Source: Patescibacteria group bacterium
GTDB lineage: Bacteria > Patescibacteriota > Patescibacteriia > UBA10025 > JAHIVO01
DNA: 64,000 nt
Direction of reading: 5' to 3'
Assembly: GCA_041660605.1 (NCBI GenBank)
Contig: JBAZWB010000003.1
Span: forward strand, 82,680 to 146,679
Position 1 is the first letter of the stretch; every line of letters starts with the position of its first letter. Positions 39,239 to 49,910 of the stretch are shown here, piece by piece. Both the position numbers and the translations under genes were made by a program. The notes under the pieces were generated by a model. The model was given only the letters and a program-made list of their open reading frames with translations. It did not search any database and was not told the origin of the DNA.

Positions 39239-39697
39239 ATGAATAATAACGACAAGAAATCCTCAGTAAAGGTTAATGAATACGACATTGTCAAAGAACT
39301 GCAAAAAGAGAACGCGATGCCGGAAAATCCTGAAAACAAAACCTGGCTTGATGAAGAGGATTATGGTGGCCAGCTGGCCGTGGATGTTTACCAATCTGAG
39401 GGCGAAATAGTGATCAAATCCACTATTGCGGGAGTCAGGCCGGAAGATATCGATATTTCCGTAAATAACGATATGATTACTGTTCGCGGAAAAAGGGCCA
39501 AGGATCATGAAGTGAAAGAAGAAGATTATTTTTACCGTGAGTGCTATTGGGGAGGCTTTTCACGCTCGATCATCCTGCCCTGCGAGGTAAAAGTGGACAA
39601 GATCAGGGCGACCATGAAGAATGGCGTTTTGACGGTGGTCCTGCCAAAAGCCTCTAAAGCCAGCAAGGTGACAGTGGTAAAAGTAAAGGAAGAGTAA
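39239..39697 (+). CDS. Hsp20/alpha-crystallin family small heat shock protein
   Basis: Alpha-crystallin domain (VDVYQSEGEIVIK...GVLTVVLPK). Confidence 0.85.
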   Translation: MNNNDKKSSVKVNEYDIVKELQKENAMPENPENKTWLDEEDYGGQLAVDVYQSEGEIVIKSTIAGVRPEDIDISVNNDMITVRGKRAKDHEVKEEDYFYRECYWGGFSRSIILPCEVKVDKIRATMKNGVLTVVLPKASKASKVTVVKVKEE

Positions 39698-39716
39698 ATT
39701 TAAGGGAAGAATCAAT

Positions 39717-39950
39717 ATGTCGAAATCAGGGCCGGATTACCAGCTCAAGGTGCTGATAAAGAAATTTGAGGGAAAATTTGCGGTATTGGAAACAGATGAC
39801 AAGCAAAATTTATTATGGCCGATAAAGAATTTGCCTGATGATGCGGAAGCGGGCCGTCAGGTCAAACTTTTTATTTCTACGACTCTCAGCGATCAGGCTG
39901 AGCAGGAGAAGCTGGCCCGGGCGATGTTAAATCAAATTTTATCCGGATAA
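39717..39950 (+). CDS. hypothetical small protein
   Basis: 77 aa, tightly linked to Hsp20. Confidence 0.35.
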   Translation: MSKSGPDYQLKVLIKKFEGKFAVLETDDKQNLLWPIKNLPDDAEAGRQVKLFISTTLSDQAEQEKLARAMLNQILSG

Positions 39951-39952
39951 AT

Positions 39953-40336
39953 ATGCCAAAGTTGCTTAACGGCAAAAAAACAGCGGCCAGCCTGCCGAAA
40001 AATAAACCTCTGCCGCTGCTGCCAGAACCCAAAATTACCATTTGGCCGGATTTTATATTGATTTCTTTGCCGGTAATTTTTGTGCTCGTCTATGCTTTTA
40101 TACCGCAGTTTGGCATTTCCAACGGCTCCGTGAGGTTAATCATAGAAGTGGCGATATTTACGTTCTTGTTTGCTTTAGTTGCCCTGATATTTACTTTTGT
40201 CAGGTATTTATATGATCTGATCAAGCCCAGACCGGCGCAGGCGGCAACTGACAAGGGCATTTTAATTTTATTATTCGTTTTCCTGCTGTCCCTGGCTTTT
40301 TTAACGGTAATCGTCTGGATGATCGAGCTGTATTAA
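39953..40336 (+). CDS. hypothetical membrane protein
   Basis: 127 aa, three TM helices. Confidence 0.4.
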   Translation: MPKLLNGKKTAASLPKNKPLPLLPEPKITIWPDFILISLPVIFVLVYAFIPQFGISNGSVRLIIEVAIFTFLFALVALIFTFVRYLYDLIKPRPAQAATDKGILILLFVFLLSLAFLTVIVWMIELY

Positions 40337-40345
40337 TCCCCTCTT

Positions 40346-42169
40346 ATGTCCAAAAATGCAAAAAATAAAAAACCTGGATTAGGAATTCCAAAACCGCGGT
40401 TTCGGGGGATAATTATTTTTCTCCTGGCAATTTTCGTTTTGGGAGGAGCGGTGATCGGCTTTGTTTTTTATTTTGATGCCCATTATAATGATAAAATTTA
40501 TCCCGGTACTGCTGTCGGGTCGCTTGATATCGGCGGGCTGTCCTATAACCAGGCGCAGGAAGCTATCCAGAGCAAAATGAATGAGATAATCGACCAGGGT
40601 TTGCCTTTCAAATACGGTGACGAATCTTTCGTAATCCATTCCACCGCCGGGGACGTGGTCAACCCTGAGCTTTCTTCAAAAATCATTTCTTTTAACATTG
40701 ATAAAACCATTAACACCTTAAAAACGGAGCAAGCCAGGATGAATGAGGCGGAGCATATTTATAATTGGCTGGCGGGCTATCAAACCAGCGTCGCCGTGGA
40801 GATTGACCAGGATAAATTGACAGAAGCTCTGGCAGCGGAGGTTTCTTCTTATGAACAGCCGGCAGTCAATTCTAGATTGATAATCAATGAAGATTATAGC
40901 CTGGAAACCAGCCAGGAAAAAAGCGGCCAGGCATTTAATTATAATAAAATTTACCAGGAGGCGGGCAGACAGCTGGAAAGGCTGTCCGTTGCACCGGTGA
41001 TTCTGCGGTTGCAGGAGGATAATCCAAAAATAACGCGCGCATCAGCGGAAACGGTACTGCCATTAGTCAGGCAGGTGCTGGAGACAGCGCCCTTTACCGC
41101 TGTTTATGATGATTATGCCTGGTTAATCGACAAGGAACAGGTACGGCAGTGGCTGGAGCTGGAAATTGATAATGGCAAACTGACTGTAGGCCTGGCGGAC
41201 AGCAGCTTAACGCCTTATCTGGAGGAGATGGCCGGGATTATTAATATAGAAAAAAAGGAAGGCAAATTCAGCATGGAGAACGGCAAGGTGACTGAATTTC
41301 AGCCTTCGCAAAAGGGACGCGAGCTGGACATCCGGGCCTCCAGAGAAAATATTAATGAAAAAATCCGGCAAGTGGGCATCACAGAGATAGATTTGGCCGT
41401 AAAAGAAACTGAACCGGAATTGTCCACGGAAAAAGTGAATAATCTGGGAATCAACGAGCTGATCGGCGAAGGCAGATCAAATTTTGCCGGCAGCCCGACC
41501 AATCGCCGGCACAATATAACCGTTGGCGCTAACACCCTGAACGGTATTTTGATCGCTCCTGACGAGGAATTCTCTTTGGTAAAAACTCTGGGCAAGATTG
41601 AGGCCTCAACCGGCTATCTGCCGGAGCTGGTGATCAAGGGCAATAAAACTACTCCGGAATACGGCGGCGGGCTGTGCCAGATCGGCACCACGACATTCCG
41701 CGCGGCCGTCAACGCCGGGCTGCCTATCACCGCCCGGACCAACCATTCATACCGCGTCTCCTATTATGAACCAGCCGGTACTGACGCGACCATTTATGAT
41801 CCCAAGCCGGATATGAAATTTATTAATGACACCGGACATCATATTCTTTTTACCACGGAAATATCCGGCAATGACCTGATTTTCCGCTTTTACGGCACGG
41901 CGGACGGCCGCAAGGTAGAGGTCACAGACCCGCGCGTATATAATTTGGTCAAGCCGGGTCCATCCAAACTAGTGGAAACTACTGATTTGGCACCGGGAGT
42001 AAAGAAATGCACGGAAAAAGCGCACACCGGCGCGGATGCCGAATTCAGCCGGACGGTTACTTATGCTGATGGCGAGAAAAAATCCGACACTTTCAAAAGC
42101 CATTATAAGCCCTGGCAGGAAGTTTGTTTGATCGGCGTGGAAAAACTGTCCGAGCCGGTAAGTGATTAG
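40346..42169 (+). CDS. VanW family protein
   Basis: N-terminal TM segment. C-terminal YGGGLCQIGTTTFRAAVNAGLPI is the VanW-domain signature. Confidence 0.8.
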   Translation: MSKNAKNKKPGLGIPKPRFRGIIIFLLAIFVLGGAVIGFVFYFDAHYNDKIYPGTAVGSLDIGGLSYNQAQEAIQSKMNEIIDQGLPFKYGDESFVIHSTAGDVVNPELSSKIISFNIDKTINTLKTEQARMNEAEHIYNWLAGYQTSVAVEIDQDKLTEALAAEVSSYEQPAVNSRLIINEDYSLETSQEKSGQAFNYNKIYQEAGRQLERLSVAPVILRLQEDNPKITRASAETVLPLVRQVLETAPFTAVYDDYAWLIDKEQVRQWLELEIDNGKLTVGLADSSLTPYLEEMAGIINIEKKEGKFSMENGKVTEFQPSQKGRELDIRASRENINEKIRQVGITEIDLAVKETEPELSTEKVNNLGINELIGEGRSNFAGSPTNRRHNITVGANTLNGILIAPDEEFSLVKTLGKIEASTGYLPELVIKGNKTTPEYGGGLCQIGTTTFRAAVNAGLPITARTNHSYRVSYYEPAGTDATIYDPKPDMKFINDTGHHILFTTEISGNDLIFRFYGTADGRKVEVTDPRVYNLVKPGPSKLVETTDLAPGVKKCTEKAHTGADAEFSRTVTYADGEKKSDTFKSHYKPWQEVCLIGVEKLSEPVSD

Positions 42170-42368
42170 ATTGGCTTATGGCGTATAGCTTATAGTGCTA
42201 TAAACAATATTAAAACTATAAGCAATATGCTATAAGCGATTTGCCAATAAAAAAAGAAGCTCGAGTCACAGTCCTATGCGACACGAGCTTGTAGCTTGTT
42301 GGGTAAGTAGATTGGGGCATAATTCTATCCCCTTAAATGAGCGGTTTGGGTGGGTGTGGCCGAGAAGG

Positions 42369-42959
42369 TCACGGTTTTTCGGGAGCTGTCTGCTGGTCAG
42401 CGCTGCGGTTCGGTTTGCCTTTCACACTTTCTGGCGAAGTACTTTTGCTGAGATCGTTGTTGATGTCAGCGGCAGTTGCCATCATTTCGCCAGTACCAAG
42501 GCTAATGTAGTGCACCAGGCTGGTGCCAAGAGCTGAGCCGTTTCTTCTGTTCATATAGGCTCCGGCCGAACCAGCAACATACAGCGCAAGCAGTAAGAAG
42601 ACCAAGCCAATATAATGCGGTTGAATCCTTCCCGGCAGTCTTTCTATCGAAGAATAACGTGCTGCTATCCATCCGACTAATGGTTTGCACAGGATCGTGA
42701 TTACGATCACGGAACCAATCATGAGAAAGACCGGTGAGTAGTCAGTACTGTCGAGATAGTACTTTTCTATGCCGAAAAGGTACGGGAGGGTACCATGGAG
42801 GTGGTACCACTTTTCGCCTAGACTGACGGCGAAGGGGTACATGAGCAAAGTGCACAAAAAGGCAAATCGCTGCCACCCTTTTTGATTAGCCTTAGCCCAG
42901 GCTGCCACAATAATTACGGCGAACCCCAGGATCACTCCTATCTGTAGAAGTATTGGCAT
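42369..42959 (-). CDS. hypothetical membrane protein
   Basis: Trimmed to the ATG (MPILLQ) preceded by AAGGAGG. Confidence 0.45.
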   Translation of the reverse strand: MPILLQIGVILGFAVIIVAAWAKANQKGWQRFAFLCTLLMYPFAVSLGEKWYHLHGTLPYLFGIEKYYLDSTDYSPVFLMIGSVIVITILCKPLVGWIAARYSSIERLPGRIQPHYIGLVFLLLALYVAGSAGAYMNRRNGSALGTSLVHYISLGTGEMMATAADINNDLSKSTSPESVKGKPNRSADQQTAPEKP

Positions 42960-43511
42960 GTGAACCTCCTTGAAGGTTGCAGGTGTAAAAAGGTTTAAAT
43001 GTATTTGCTTCATTATGATGTCAAAGGTACGTCTATATAATAAATGCCCACTAATCTGTAGTCCCCCGTAAGAAACCTTCGATTTCTGTCGGGGTAGCAA
43101 GAAGATTGTCGTTCCTGATGTCTAAATATAATACCATAATCATACGGAAGGACAATCCCCAGGCTGGCTCCGTATAATTTTTCACGTAAATCTGCACTCA
43201 AGAAGATTGTTCCAAGGGATGATCAAAGTAATAAAACTCTAATTATCCTCAGAACAACCCCCATGCTTGTCGTGAGTGCAGGTTTCCGTGAAAGATTGCG
43301 TCTTCGCTGAAGACTAAAAAATATACGGAGCTTTTATAACTGCAGGTTAGTGGGCACTGTTTGGCGTTTGCTTTTAATTGGTTGTAAAATAGGCCTTTTT
43401 GGCGAATTTTTTCGAATAACAGTCAATAGTATCACAGGAGACAAGGCTTGTCAAGGGGTGCAGTTAAGTGATAAGATTTTAGTACCTTATTCGATAAAAT
43501 TTTTAAAAAAT

Positions 43512-44516
43512 ATGATGACTATCAAGCAAATCTATAACCTGGCCATACAGCTGGGCATTAAGAATGACCTGCGGGGAGAAACCGTGGTCAGGAAGAGATT
43601 AGCCCGGAAAAATAAGATATATGAAAACCTGCCTGCGGAAAAAAAGCGGGAGTTTGATTTAGAGAGCCTGACTAATCCTTTTTCCGATTCACGCATGTAC
43701 GCGCAGAATCCGGATAAGCCGGTCAGGCGCATTTTAGCCGGCATTGACGTTGAGACTGAGGAGATTTTGCTGGCCAGCGAACTGTCGCGGCAAAAGCCGA
43801 TAGACCTGGTTTTGGCCCATCATCCGGTCGGGCCGGCGCTGGCGGGTTTGCATGAAGTGATGGATTTGCAGGCAGAAGTGCTGGCTATGTACGGCGTGCC
43901 CATCAACATCGCCGAAAGCCTGATGCGCATCCGCCTGCAGGAAGTTTCCCGTTCGATCGCGCCGTATAACCATAACCGGGTTCTGGACGCCGCCAAACTG
44001 CTGGGATTGGACGTAGTTTGCACCCACACTATCGCGGATAATATGGTGGCAAATTATTTGCGGAAATTATTGAAGAAAGAAGAAAAAAACATAGAGCGCG
44101 TCGGCGACCTGATAAAAATTTTGAAGACTGTACCTGAATACCAGGCCGGCATGAAGCTGAAAGCCGGTCCGGTGATTTACACTGGCAACGAAGAAAATTT
44201 CACCGGCCGCATCGCCCTGACGGAAATCACCGGCGGCACTGAAGGGTCGAAAGAAATGTACGGGAAAATCGCCCAGGCCGGCATCGGCACTATCGTCGGT
44301 ATGCATTTGCATGAGGAATACAAAAAAGAGGCGGAAAAGAACCATCTGAACGTTGTGATTGCCGGACATATGTCATCGGATTCCATCGGTATGAACCTAT
44401 TGTTAGATGAATTGGAGAAAAAAGGCATTGAGATAATCACCTGTTCCGGCCTGATCAGAATCAAGCGCATAAATTCTCCCGCCAAGAAACGGACCAGCCG
44501 CAGGCCTAAACGCTAA
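43512..44516 (+). CDS. NIF3-like dinuclear metal centre protein
   Basis: DLVLAHHPV matches the NIF3 HHP motif. Trimmed to MMTIKQ. C-terminal basic extension. Confidence 0.65.
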   Translation: MMTIKQIYNLAIQLGIKNDLRGETVVRKRLARKNKIYENLPAEKKREFDLESLTNPFSDSRMYAQNPDKPVRRILAGIDVETEEILLASELSRQKPIDLVLAHHPVGPALAGLHEVMDLQAEVLAMYGVPINIAESLMRIRLQEVSRSIAPYNHNRVLDAAKLLGLDVVCTHTIADNMVANYLRKLLKKEEKNIERVGDLIKILKTVPEYQAGMKLKAGPVIYTGNEENFTGRIALTEITGGTEGSKEMYGKIAQAGIGTIVGMHLHEEYKKEAEKNHLNVVIAGHMSSDSIGMNLLLDELEKKGIEIITCSGLIRIKRINSPAKKRTSRRPKR

Positions 44517-44521
44517 TTTAT

Positions 44522-45550
44522 ATGGCTTTGCCAAACAATAGAACCATCACGTCCAAGGAGCGACCGGAAGACCGCAATCTTGACACGACTTTGCGTCCGA
44601 AAAGCATGAAGGAGTTTATCGGGCAGGACAAGGTGAAAAATAACCTGAATGTTTTTATTTCCGCGGCCAAGCAGAGGCGCGAGTCGCTGGAGCACGTCCT
44701 CCTGCACGGGCCGCCGGGCATCGGAAAAACCACACTGGCTTACATCATTGCCAATGAAATGGGAGTCAATGTCCGCGTCACCTCCGGCCCGGCCATTGAG
44801 AAAGCCGGAGACCTGGGCGCCATCCTGACTAATCTGGAAGATGGCGATATTCTATTCATCGATGAAATTCATCGGCTCAATCGGGTAATTGAAGAAGTGC
44901 TGTATCCGGCTATGGAAGAATATGTCCTTGATATTGTCGTAGGCAAAGGGCCGTCCGCCCAGACCTTGCGTCTGGATCTGCCCAAGTTTACCCTGGTCGG
45001 CGCCACCACCCGCGTGCATTTGCTCTCTTCCCCTTTGCGCGACCGCTTTGGCACGATTTTCCGTTTGGATTTTTATAACCATGATGACATTGAAAAGATT
45101 ATTAAGCGTTCTGCAAGTATATTAGACGTGGATGTCCATCCTGCCGCTCTCGGCGAACTAGCCCGCCGCGCCCGTCGCACGCCGCGCATTGCCAATCGCT
45201 TATTGAAAAGAGTACGTGATTACGCCCAGGTCAAAGGCGACGGCAAAGTCACCCCGCAAGGCGCTGTTGATGCCTTGTCCATGATGGAGATAGATCACAT
45301 CGGCCTGGATGAAGTTGACAGGAAAGTTTTAAGCACGATTATTGATAAATTCGGCGGCGGCCCGGTCGGCTTAAATACCATTGCCGCGTCAATCTCCGAG
45401 GACCAGTCAACGCTGGAAGAAGTGTATGAGCCGTTTCTAATGCAGATAGGGTTGCTGGCGCGCACGCCGCGGGGCCGGGTAGTGACGGAATCAGGCTATC
45501 GCCATTTAGGCAGAAAAGTGCCGGAAGACCTGCAAAAAAAGCTGATATAA
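44522..45550 (+). CDS. ruvB: Holliday junction branch migration helicase RuvB
   Basis: Walker [15 protein letters not shown]+ domain, winged-helix C-terminus. Confidence 0.92.
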   Translation: MALPNNRTITSKERPEDRNLDTTLRPKSMKEFIGQDKVKNNLNVFISAAKQRRESLEHVLLHGPPGIGKTTLAYIIANEMGVNVRVTSGPAIEKAGDLGAILTNLEDGDILFIDEIHRLNRVIEEVLYPAMEEYVLDIVVGKGPSAQTLRLDLPKFTLVGATTRVHLLSSPLRDRFGTIFRLDFYNHDDIEKIIKRSASILDVDVHPAALGELARRARRTPRIANRLLKRVRDYAQVKGDGKVTPQGAVDALSMMEIDHIGLDEVDRKVLSTIIDKFGGGPVGLNTIAASISEDQSTLEEVYEPFLMQIGLLARTPRGRVVTESGYRHLGRKVPEDLQKKLI

Positions 45551-45647
45551 AAGCCATTTGGCAGTATTACCGTCGATTGGTATAATAAGGCCGCAGCCTT
45601 AGTTTTTTGATACTTTGGCTGGAAAACGTTTTCCCAGGAGGGTTATA

Positions 45648-45761
45648 ATGTTTTCTAATTTGCACCTGGAAATCGGCGACCCGTACGTACCGGCAGCTTT
45701 CTTTAGGGCTTATGGTTTGTTTGGTGTAATGCCGAATTCCGAAGCTGAGGACGATATTTAG
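45648..45761 (+). CDS. possible 37-aa small protein
   Basis: Hand-found. SD AGGAGGG. Sits in a unit with an extended -10 promoter (45585-45594) and a terminator (45802-45835). Confidence 0.2.
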   Translation: MFSNLHLEIGDPYVPAAFFRAYGLFGVMPNSEAEDDI

Positions 45762-45950
45762 TGCGATTATTTGCTCTAAGATTGTTCTCATTAGCTTTAA
45801 GCGGGTGTTCGATGGCGGACACCCTTTTTTTATCCCCTTTACATTTATTAAAATAATAATTGACAGTCTAGCTATCGTTTGTTAAGGTGAAATATTATTG
45901 AATTGAAACAAAAAGCAGTAAACAAAAGAACTCGAACCAACGGAGGAGTA

Positions 45951-47078
45951 ATGAAAAGAGATCTTAAACAAGTTATGGCGGTGATTAGAGGACTTTGCCG
46001 CAGGCAAGGCATTGATTATCTGCTCACCAGAGATTTCGCCAATATTTTCAGAATGACGGGACTCCAGCTGCATTGCCTTGGCGACGCTCTCGTTCTGATC
46101 ACGCCAAGAAGAATCGTACTGTGTACCGACGATCGGTATCGGGGTACGGCAGAACGCCTGGTAGCCGGCAATCCGCTGATCAAACTTGTCATCTGTGACA
46201 AGGAAGGCCCGCTGGAAACCTTACTGCGTCTGGTAAAAAAGGGCAGCAATCTTGGTTTCGAATCAGACAGCGAATCCTGCTCTTACAAATTCGTTCTCAA
46301 ACTGAGGCAGGCCGCGAAAAAGCGTGGAGTGCAGACCAAGGCCGTCAAGCCGATTATCGAGATTGTCCGCCTGATCAAATCGCCGTATGAGTTGGCCATG
46401 ATAAGAAAGTCGGCCGCGCTTACTGACCTGGCGTTCCGTTATATTCTCCGGCGGATAAAAGTCGGCCGAACGGAACTTGAGCTCGCTCACGAGCTGAGCA
46501 CGCGGTTGCGTAAATTATCAGGCTGCGACGAGTTATCATTCCCGACAATCGTTGCCAGCGGACCGAACAGCGCCATTCCCCACCATATGCCAGGTAATCG
46601 CAAGCTTCGGCTCGGCGATGTTATCACCTTTGATTTCGGATGTATCTACAAAGGGTACCATTCCGACATGACCAGGACAGTGTTTCTGGGCGAGCCGAGC
46701 GGGAAGTTAAGGGAGATTTACGAGATCGTCCTGGCGGCACAGCAGGCTGCTGCCAAGCTGGCGCGCCCTGGCATGACCGGCCAGCAGATAGACCGGATTG
46801 CCCGGGATATAATCATCAAAGCTGGTTATGGGAAGTATTTCGGCCACGGCCTTGGCCATGGTATTGGCATTGAGGAACATGAAGGGCCTCGCGTCAGTCC
46901 AACTTCCTTTGGGAAGATTGTTGTCATAGTCGGCATGACTCATTCCATTGAGCCGGGTATCTATATTCCGGGGCTAGGCGGCGTCCGGATTGAGGATATC
47001 GGCGTGGTAACCAAGAGAGGTTTCCGTTCTTTCTGCCGGTCGACTAAAAAGTTAGTCATCCTGCGAAGGGCGGCATAA
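45951..47078 (+). CDS. M24 family Xaa-Pro aminopeptidase
   Basis: HGLGHGIGIEEHEGP metal-binding motif. Trimmed to the ATG after GGAGGAG. Confidence 0.8.
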   Translation: MKRDLKQVMAVIRGLCRRQGIDYLLTRDFANIFRMTGLQLHCLGDALVLITPRRIVLCTDDRYRGTAERLVAGNPLIKLVICDKEGPLETLLRLVKKGSNLGFESDSESCSYKFVLKLRQAAKKRGVQTKAVKPIIEIVRLIKSPYELAMIRKSAALTDLAFRYILRRIKVGRTELELAHELSTRLRKLSGCDELSFPTIVASGPNSAIPHHMPGNRKLRLGDVITFDFGCIYKGYHSDMTRTVFLGEPSGKLREIYEIVLAAQQAAAKLARPGMTGQQIDRIARDIIIKAGYGKYFGHGLGHGIGIEEHEGPRVSPTSFGKIVVIVGMTHSIEPGIYIPGLGGVRIEDIGVVTKRGFRSFCRSTKKLVILRRAA

Positions 47079-47268
47079 CTTAGCTAAAAGTAGTTTCTTG
47101 TCAAAGGCGTGGGGACGAAAACCTGCGCCTTTTTTTATTGTGTATTAGTATTGGTATTTGTCGCATTTGCAATGAAAGATACCGATGGCTTGACAAACCT
47201 TCGTTTTATGCGTATCATGTTAAGTTCATTGACAAAAGGTATTCACTGTAACAGAAGAGGAGTAAATC

Positions 47269-48633
47269 GTGAAAATCATCGAAAAGGTGATGATAGTATG
47301 GATGGTTTTGTTAGGTTCTTTGTTATACGGCCAGCAGGCGCCGGCATTCGACAAGGAGCATGGGCACGTCCTGGACCAGGCTGGTCTTTTTTCAGTGGAA
47401 GAAATACGTCAACTAGACAGTATTCTCACTGTCTATGATGATTCGACCAGTATTGATATAATCGTTGCCGCCACCAAAGATAGAGGTGGCTACACGATGT
47501 CTGACTATACGCAGGATCTCTTTGATACCTTGCAGCCAGGCAAAAAAGGTCTGGATAACGGAATCATCTTGCATATTAGCATGGATCCAGCAGGACGCCA
47601 GGTCCGTATCCAACCGGGTTACGGCATTGAGGGGGATCTGCCGGATGTCGTTTGTGGGCATATTATAGACGATTCTATGTTCGTACCGTTGAAAGAGGGA
47701 CATTACTTTCAGGCGACAAAGGCCGGAGTTGACGGGATCATTGCCCATCTCGGAAATGATGCCTGGCAGCAACGCGAAGCGTATCGGCGACAACAAGACG
47801 AACGTAGAAAAGAAACCCTGAGAGTACTTGGGCGAATCCTTATTTATTGCGCAGTAATAGGTATTATCGTTACACCGATAATCCTGATTGTTTCGCGAAA
47901 ACGCAAACGCCGAGAAATGCTGAAGGAGATTAGCCGTCTGGTGCAAGTCGCGGAGAGTAATCTGGCGCAAGCGAAGAGTAGATTGTCGAAAGCGCTAGAA
48001 GCGCTGGAGTCCATGAGGTCAGGTTATCCTCCGAGTACGACCAGTGAATTCGGCGATCTAGAGGAGAAGTTGGCGCAGGCCAACAGGACTCTTACCGATT
48101 CGACAGCCAAAATCAGGAGGTTGAATGATTCTCGCAAGGTGAGCCAGGCCTTGGGAGTTGCCCAGGAAGTGAGTACCATTGCCGAAGATCTTTCTAAGCT
48201 CATCGCTTCCGCACCCACCAAACTGAAAGGCCTGGAGCAAGCGAAAAAGGATTTCCCCACAGCGTTGAAATTCACCCAAGAGATGTTTTTAGAACTGGAA
48301 CCAAAGATCCTGGTGTCAGGCGTCGGTGATACGACCAGGGAGTTGGTTGCTTCTGCAAAAAGCAAGCTTGCCAAGGCCGAAGCGATGGCGCTCAAAGAAC
48401 CGGTTGATTGGCTAGTAGCCAGGCGGTTATTAGCTGAAGCAGCTTTAGATTTGAGCGCTGCACAGCGTCAGGCCTATCGGGATTTGCATCCGGTTAAAGT
48501 GGTCCTTGATGCTTTTGAATCGTCTATGGCTAGCTCGACGCACCATGATTCTGGCTCAGGTCACCCGTCTGGCGGTGGTGGGTCCGACCGCGGTGGTCGG
48601 TCCGGTGGTGGTGGCGCAGAGCGCAGTTTCTAA
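47269..48633 (+). CDS. TPM-domain membrane protein with coiled-coil and Gly-rich tail
   Basis: GTG start after AGAGGAG. TPM-phosphatase-like domain (GIILHISMDPAGRQVRIQPGYG). TM helix. C-terminal GGGGS repeats. Confidence 0.65.
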   Translation: MKIIEKVMIVWMVLLGSLLYGQQAPAFDKEHGHVLDQAGLFSVEEIRQLDSILTVYDDSTSIDIIVAATKDRGGYTMSDYTQDLFDTLQPGKKGLDNGIILHISMDPAGRQVRIQPGYGIEGDLPDVVCGHIIDDSMFVPLKEGHYFQATKAGVDGIIAHLGNDAWQQREAYRRQQDERRKETLRVLGRILIYCAVIGIIVTPIILIVSRKRKRREMLKEISRLVQVAESNLAQAKSRLSKALEALESMRSGYPPSTTSEFGDLEEKLAQANRTLTDSTAKIRRLNDSRKVSQALGVAQEVSTIAEDLSKLIASAPTKLKGLEQAKKDFPTALKFTQEMFLELEPKILVSGVGDTTRELVASAKSKLAKAEAMALKEPVDWLVARRLLAEAALDLSAAQRQAYRDLHPVKVVLDAFESSMASSTHHDSGSGHPSGGGGSDRGGRSGGGGAERSF

Positions 48634-48704
48634 TAGCTCTTTCAAATCGACATATTTCCAAAGGACGTGGTCACAGGAGTGATTGCGTCTTTTTTAATTT
48701 GGAA

Positions 48705-49427
48705 TTATTGTCCGTTAGTATTGGTTGCCGGGCCGTAAGTCGCCAGTTCATCCAGTTCGCACACGGCGATGTAGCGTTTGAGTGCGGTATTTAAAGGATA
48801 CGAGGTCTGCAAAGTCAGCATGGTTCGCTCGTAATTATACTGGTCCAGCACGGAAACGTCTTTTGGCCCGACGATTTTCGTTTCAATAACTTTGAAAATA
48901 AAAAGTTCGCCCTGGTCATTAGTGATTTTTACCTGCGTCCCCACCGGGATATCAATCAGCGGCTTGAAAACCTGCTTGTAATTTCCCGCCTTCCAGGGGT
49001 AATCCGATGAGTGGCCGAAAATGTAGGGATTGCCCGGCTCGCCCGGCAGGGCGGTGTCAGGATAGTGGACCACGCCTCTGGTCAGGGCTTCCTGAAAGAC
49101 TTTTTCATCAGCCTCGGTAATAAAGACTACCGGCGCTTCTATGCCGCGGTCAGGAATGCTTAGAAAGTTCGGTTCCCCTGTTCCCAGAGGCGTACGCTTC
49201 GGTGGCAGTGGATCGTCATTAGTTGGCAGCTGGTTCACGTTAAGATTGGCAGAATTGGTTGTTTCTATAATCTGCGTCTGATTGCTCCAGAGACGAATAC
49301 CCAAAACCACCATCCCGGACAGCAAGATCACGGCCAGTAAAGGCAGGTACATTTTTAAATTCTTTTTTTTATTCCTTTTGAGTGGCATAAGTGGAATTAT
49401 TGTAGCAGGGAGGCGTTTCTTTTTCAA
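48705..49427 (-). CDS. sortase-family (transpeptidase-like) protein
   Basis: N-terminal TM segment. IFGHSSD and LTLQTS...KRYIAVCEL resemble the sortase His / TLxTC / Arg layout, but the Cys position is atypical. Confidence 0.5.
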   Translation of the reverse strand: MKKKRLPATIIPLMPLKRNKKKNLKMYLPLLAVILLSGMVVLGIRLWSNQTQIIETTNSANLNVNQLPTNDDPLPPKRTPLGTGEPNFLSIPDRGIEAPVVFITEADEKVFQEALTRGVVHYPDTALPGEPGNPYIFGHSSDYPWKAGNYKQVFKPLIDIPVGTQVKITNDQGELFIFKVIETKIVGPKDVSVLDQYNYERTMLTLQTSYPLNTALKRYIAVCELDELATYGPATNTNGQ

Positions 49428-49649
49428 GGCAATTGGCTGGTTATTAGGCTTAGTCTGCGCTATACTGATAGTTAGTTATATACTCAAAAGCCGTTTAATT
49501 TTTTTATGAGTGATCGCTTATCGTTTGCGGTTTCGCTGCTCGTATCGTTAAACGGTTTCGTTATACGACTTTATTTGATAAAGACGCAACCTTAAAACGA
49601 AACCGATACGCGCCGCAACAACGTTAAACGCAAACTTAGTATTCAGTAT

Positions 49650-49910
49650 ATGCATATTACGCCATTTATATTTTTAATCGTCTATTTAATAGGAGTAGCG
49701 CTTTTTGTTTTATTATTTATTTTGAATGTCTATCACATCTTGCGATATAGCCATTTGAGCGCGCCGACGATTATCACCACCTTTGTTTTTTTGGGCCTGA
49801 TAGTCGGCATTGTCGCCGGCACTATGGTCATGCTCGATCAAGTCAAATGGCAGGAGCCGATAAATTTTTCCCTGCCTTTTGTAAATTCCGCCAATGATCA
49901 ACTTAAATAA
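49650..49910 (+). CDS. small membrane protein
   Basis: 86 aa, two or three TM helices. Confidence 0.35.
   Translation: MHITPFIFLIVYLIGVALFVLLFILNVYHILRYSHLSAPTIITTFVFLGLIVGIVAGTMVMLDQVKWQEPINFSLPFVNSANDQLK

Noticed and set aside
42960-43511. RNase P RNA, tmRNA or SRP RNA in the long noncoding gap
   Set aside because: None of the conserved cores I can recall (GGAAAGUCCGGGCUCC, tmRNA tRNA-like 3-prime end, SRP GGAAGCAGC) is present. Left as an unassigned structured region.
43350-43511. N-terminal 54-aa extension of the NIF3-like ORF
   Set aside because: The extension is hydrophobic or low-complexity and precedes the conserved NIF3 N-terminus. Trimmed to the internal Met.
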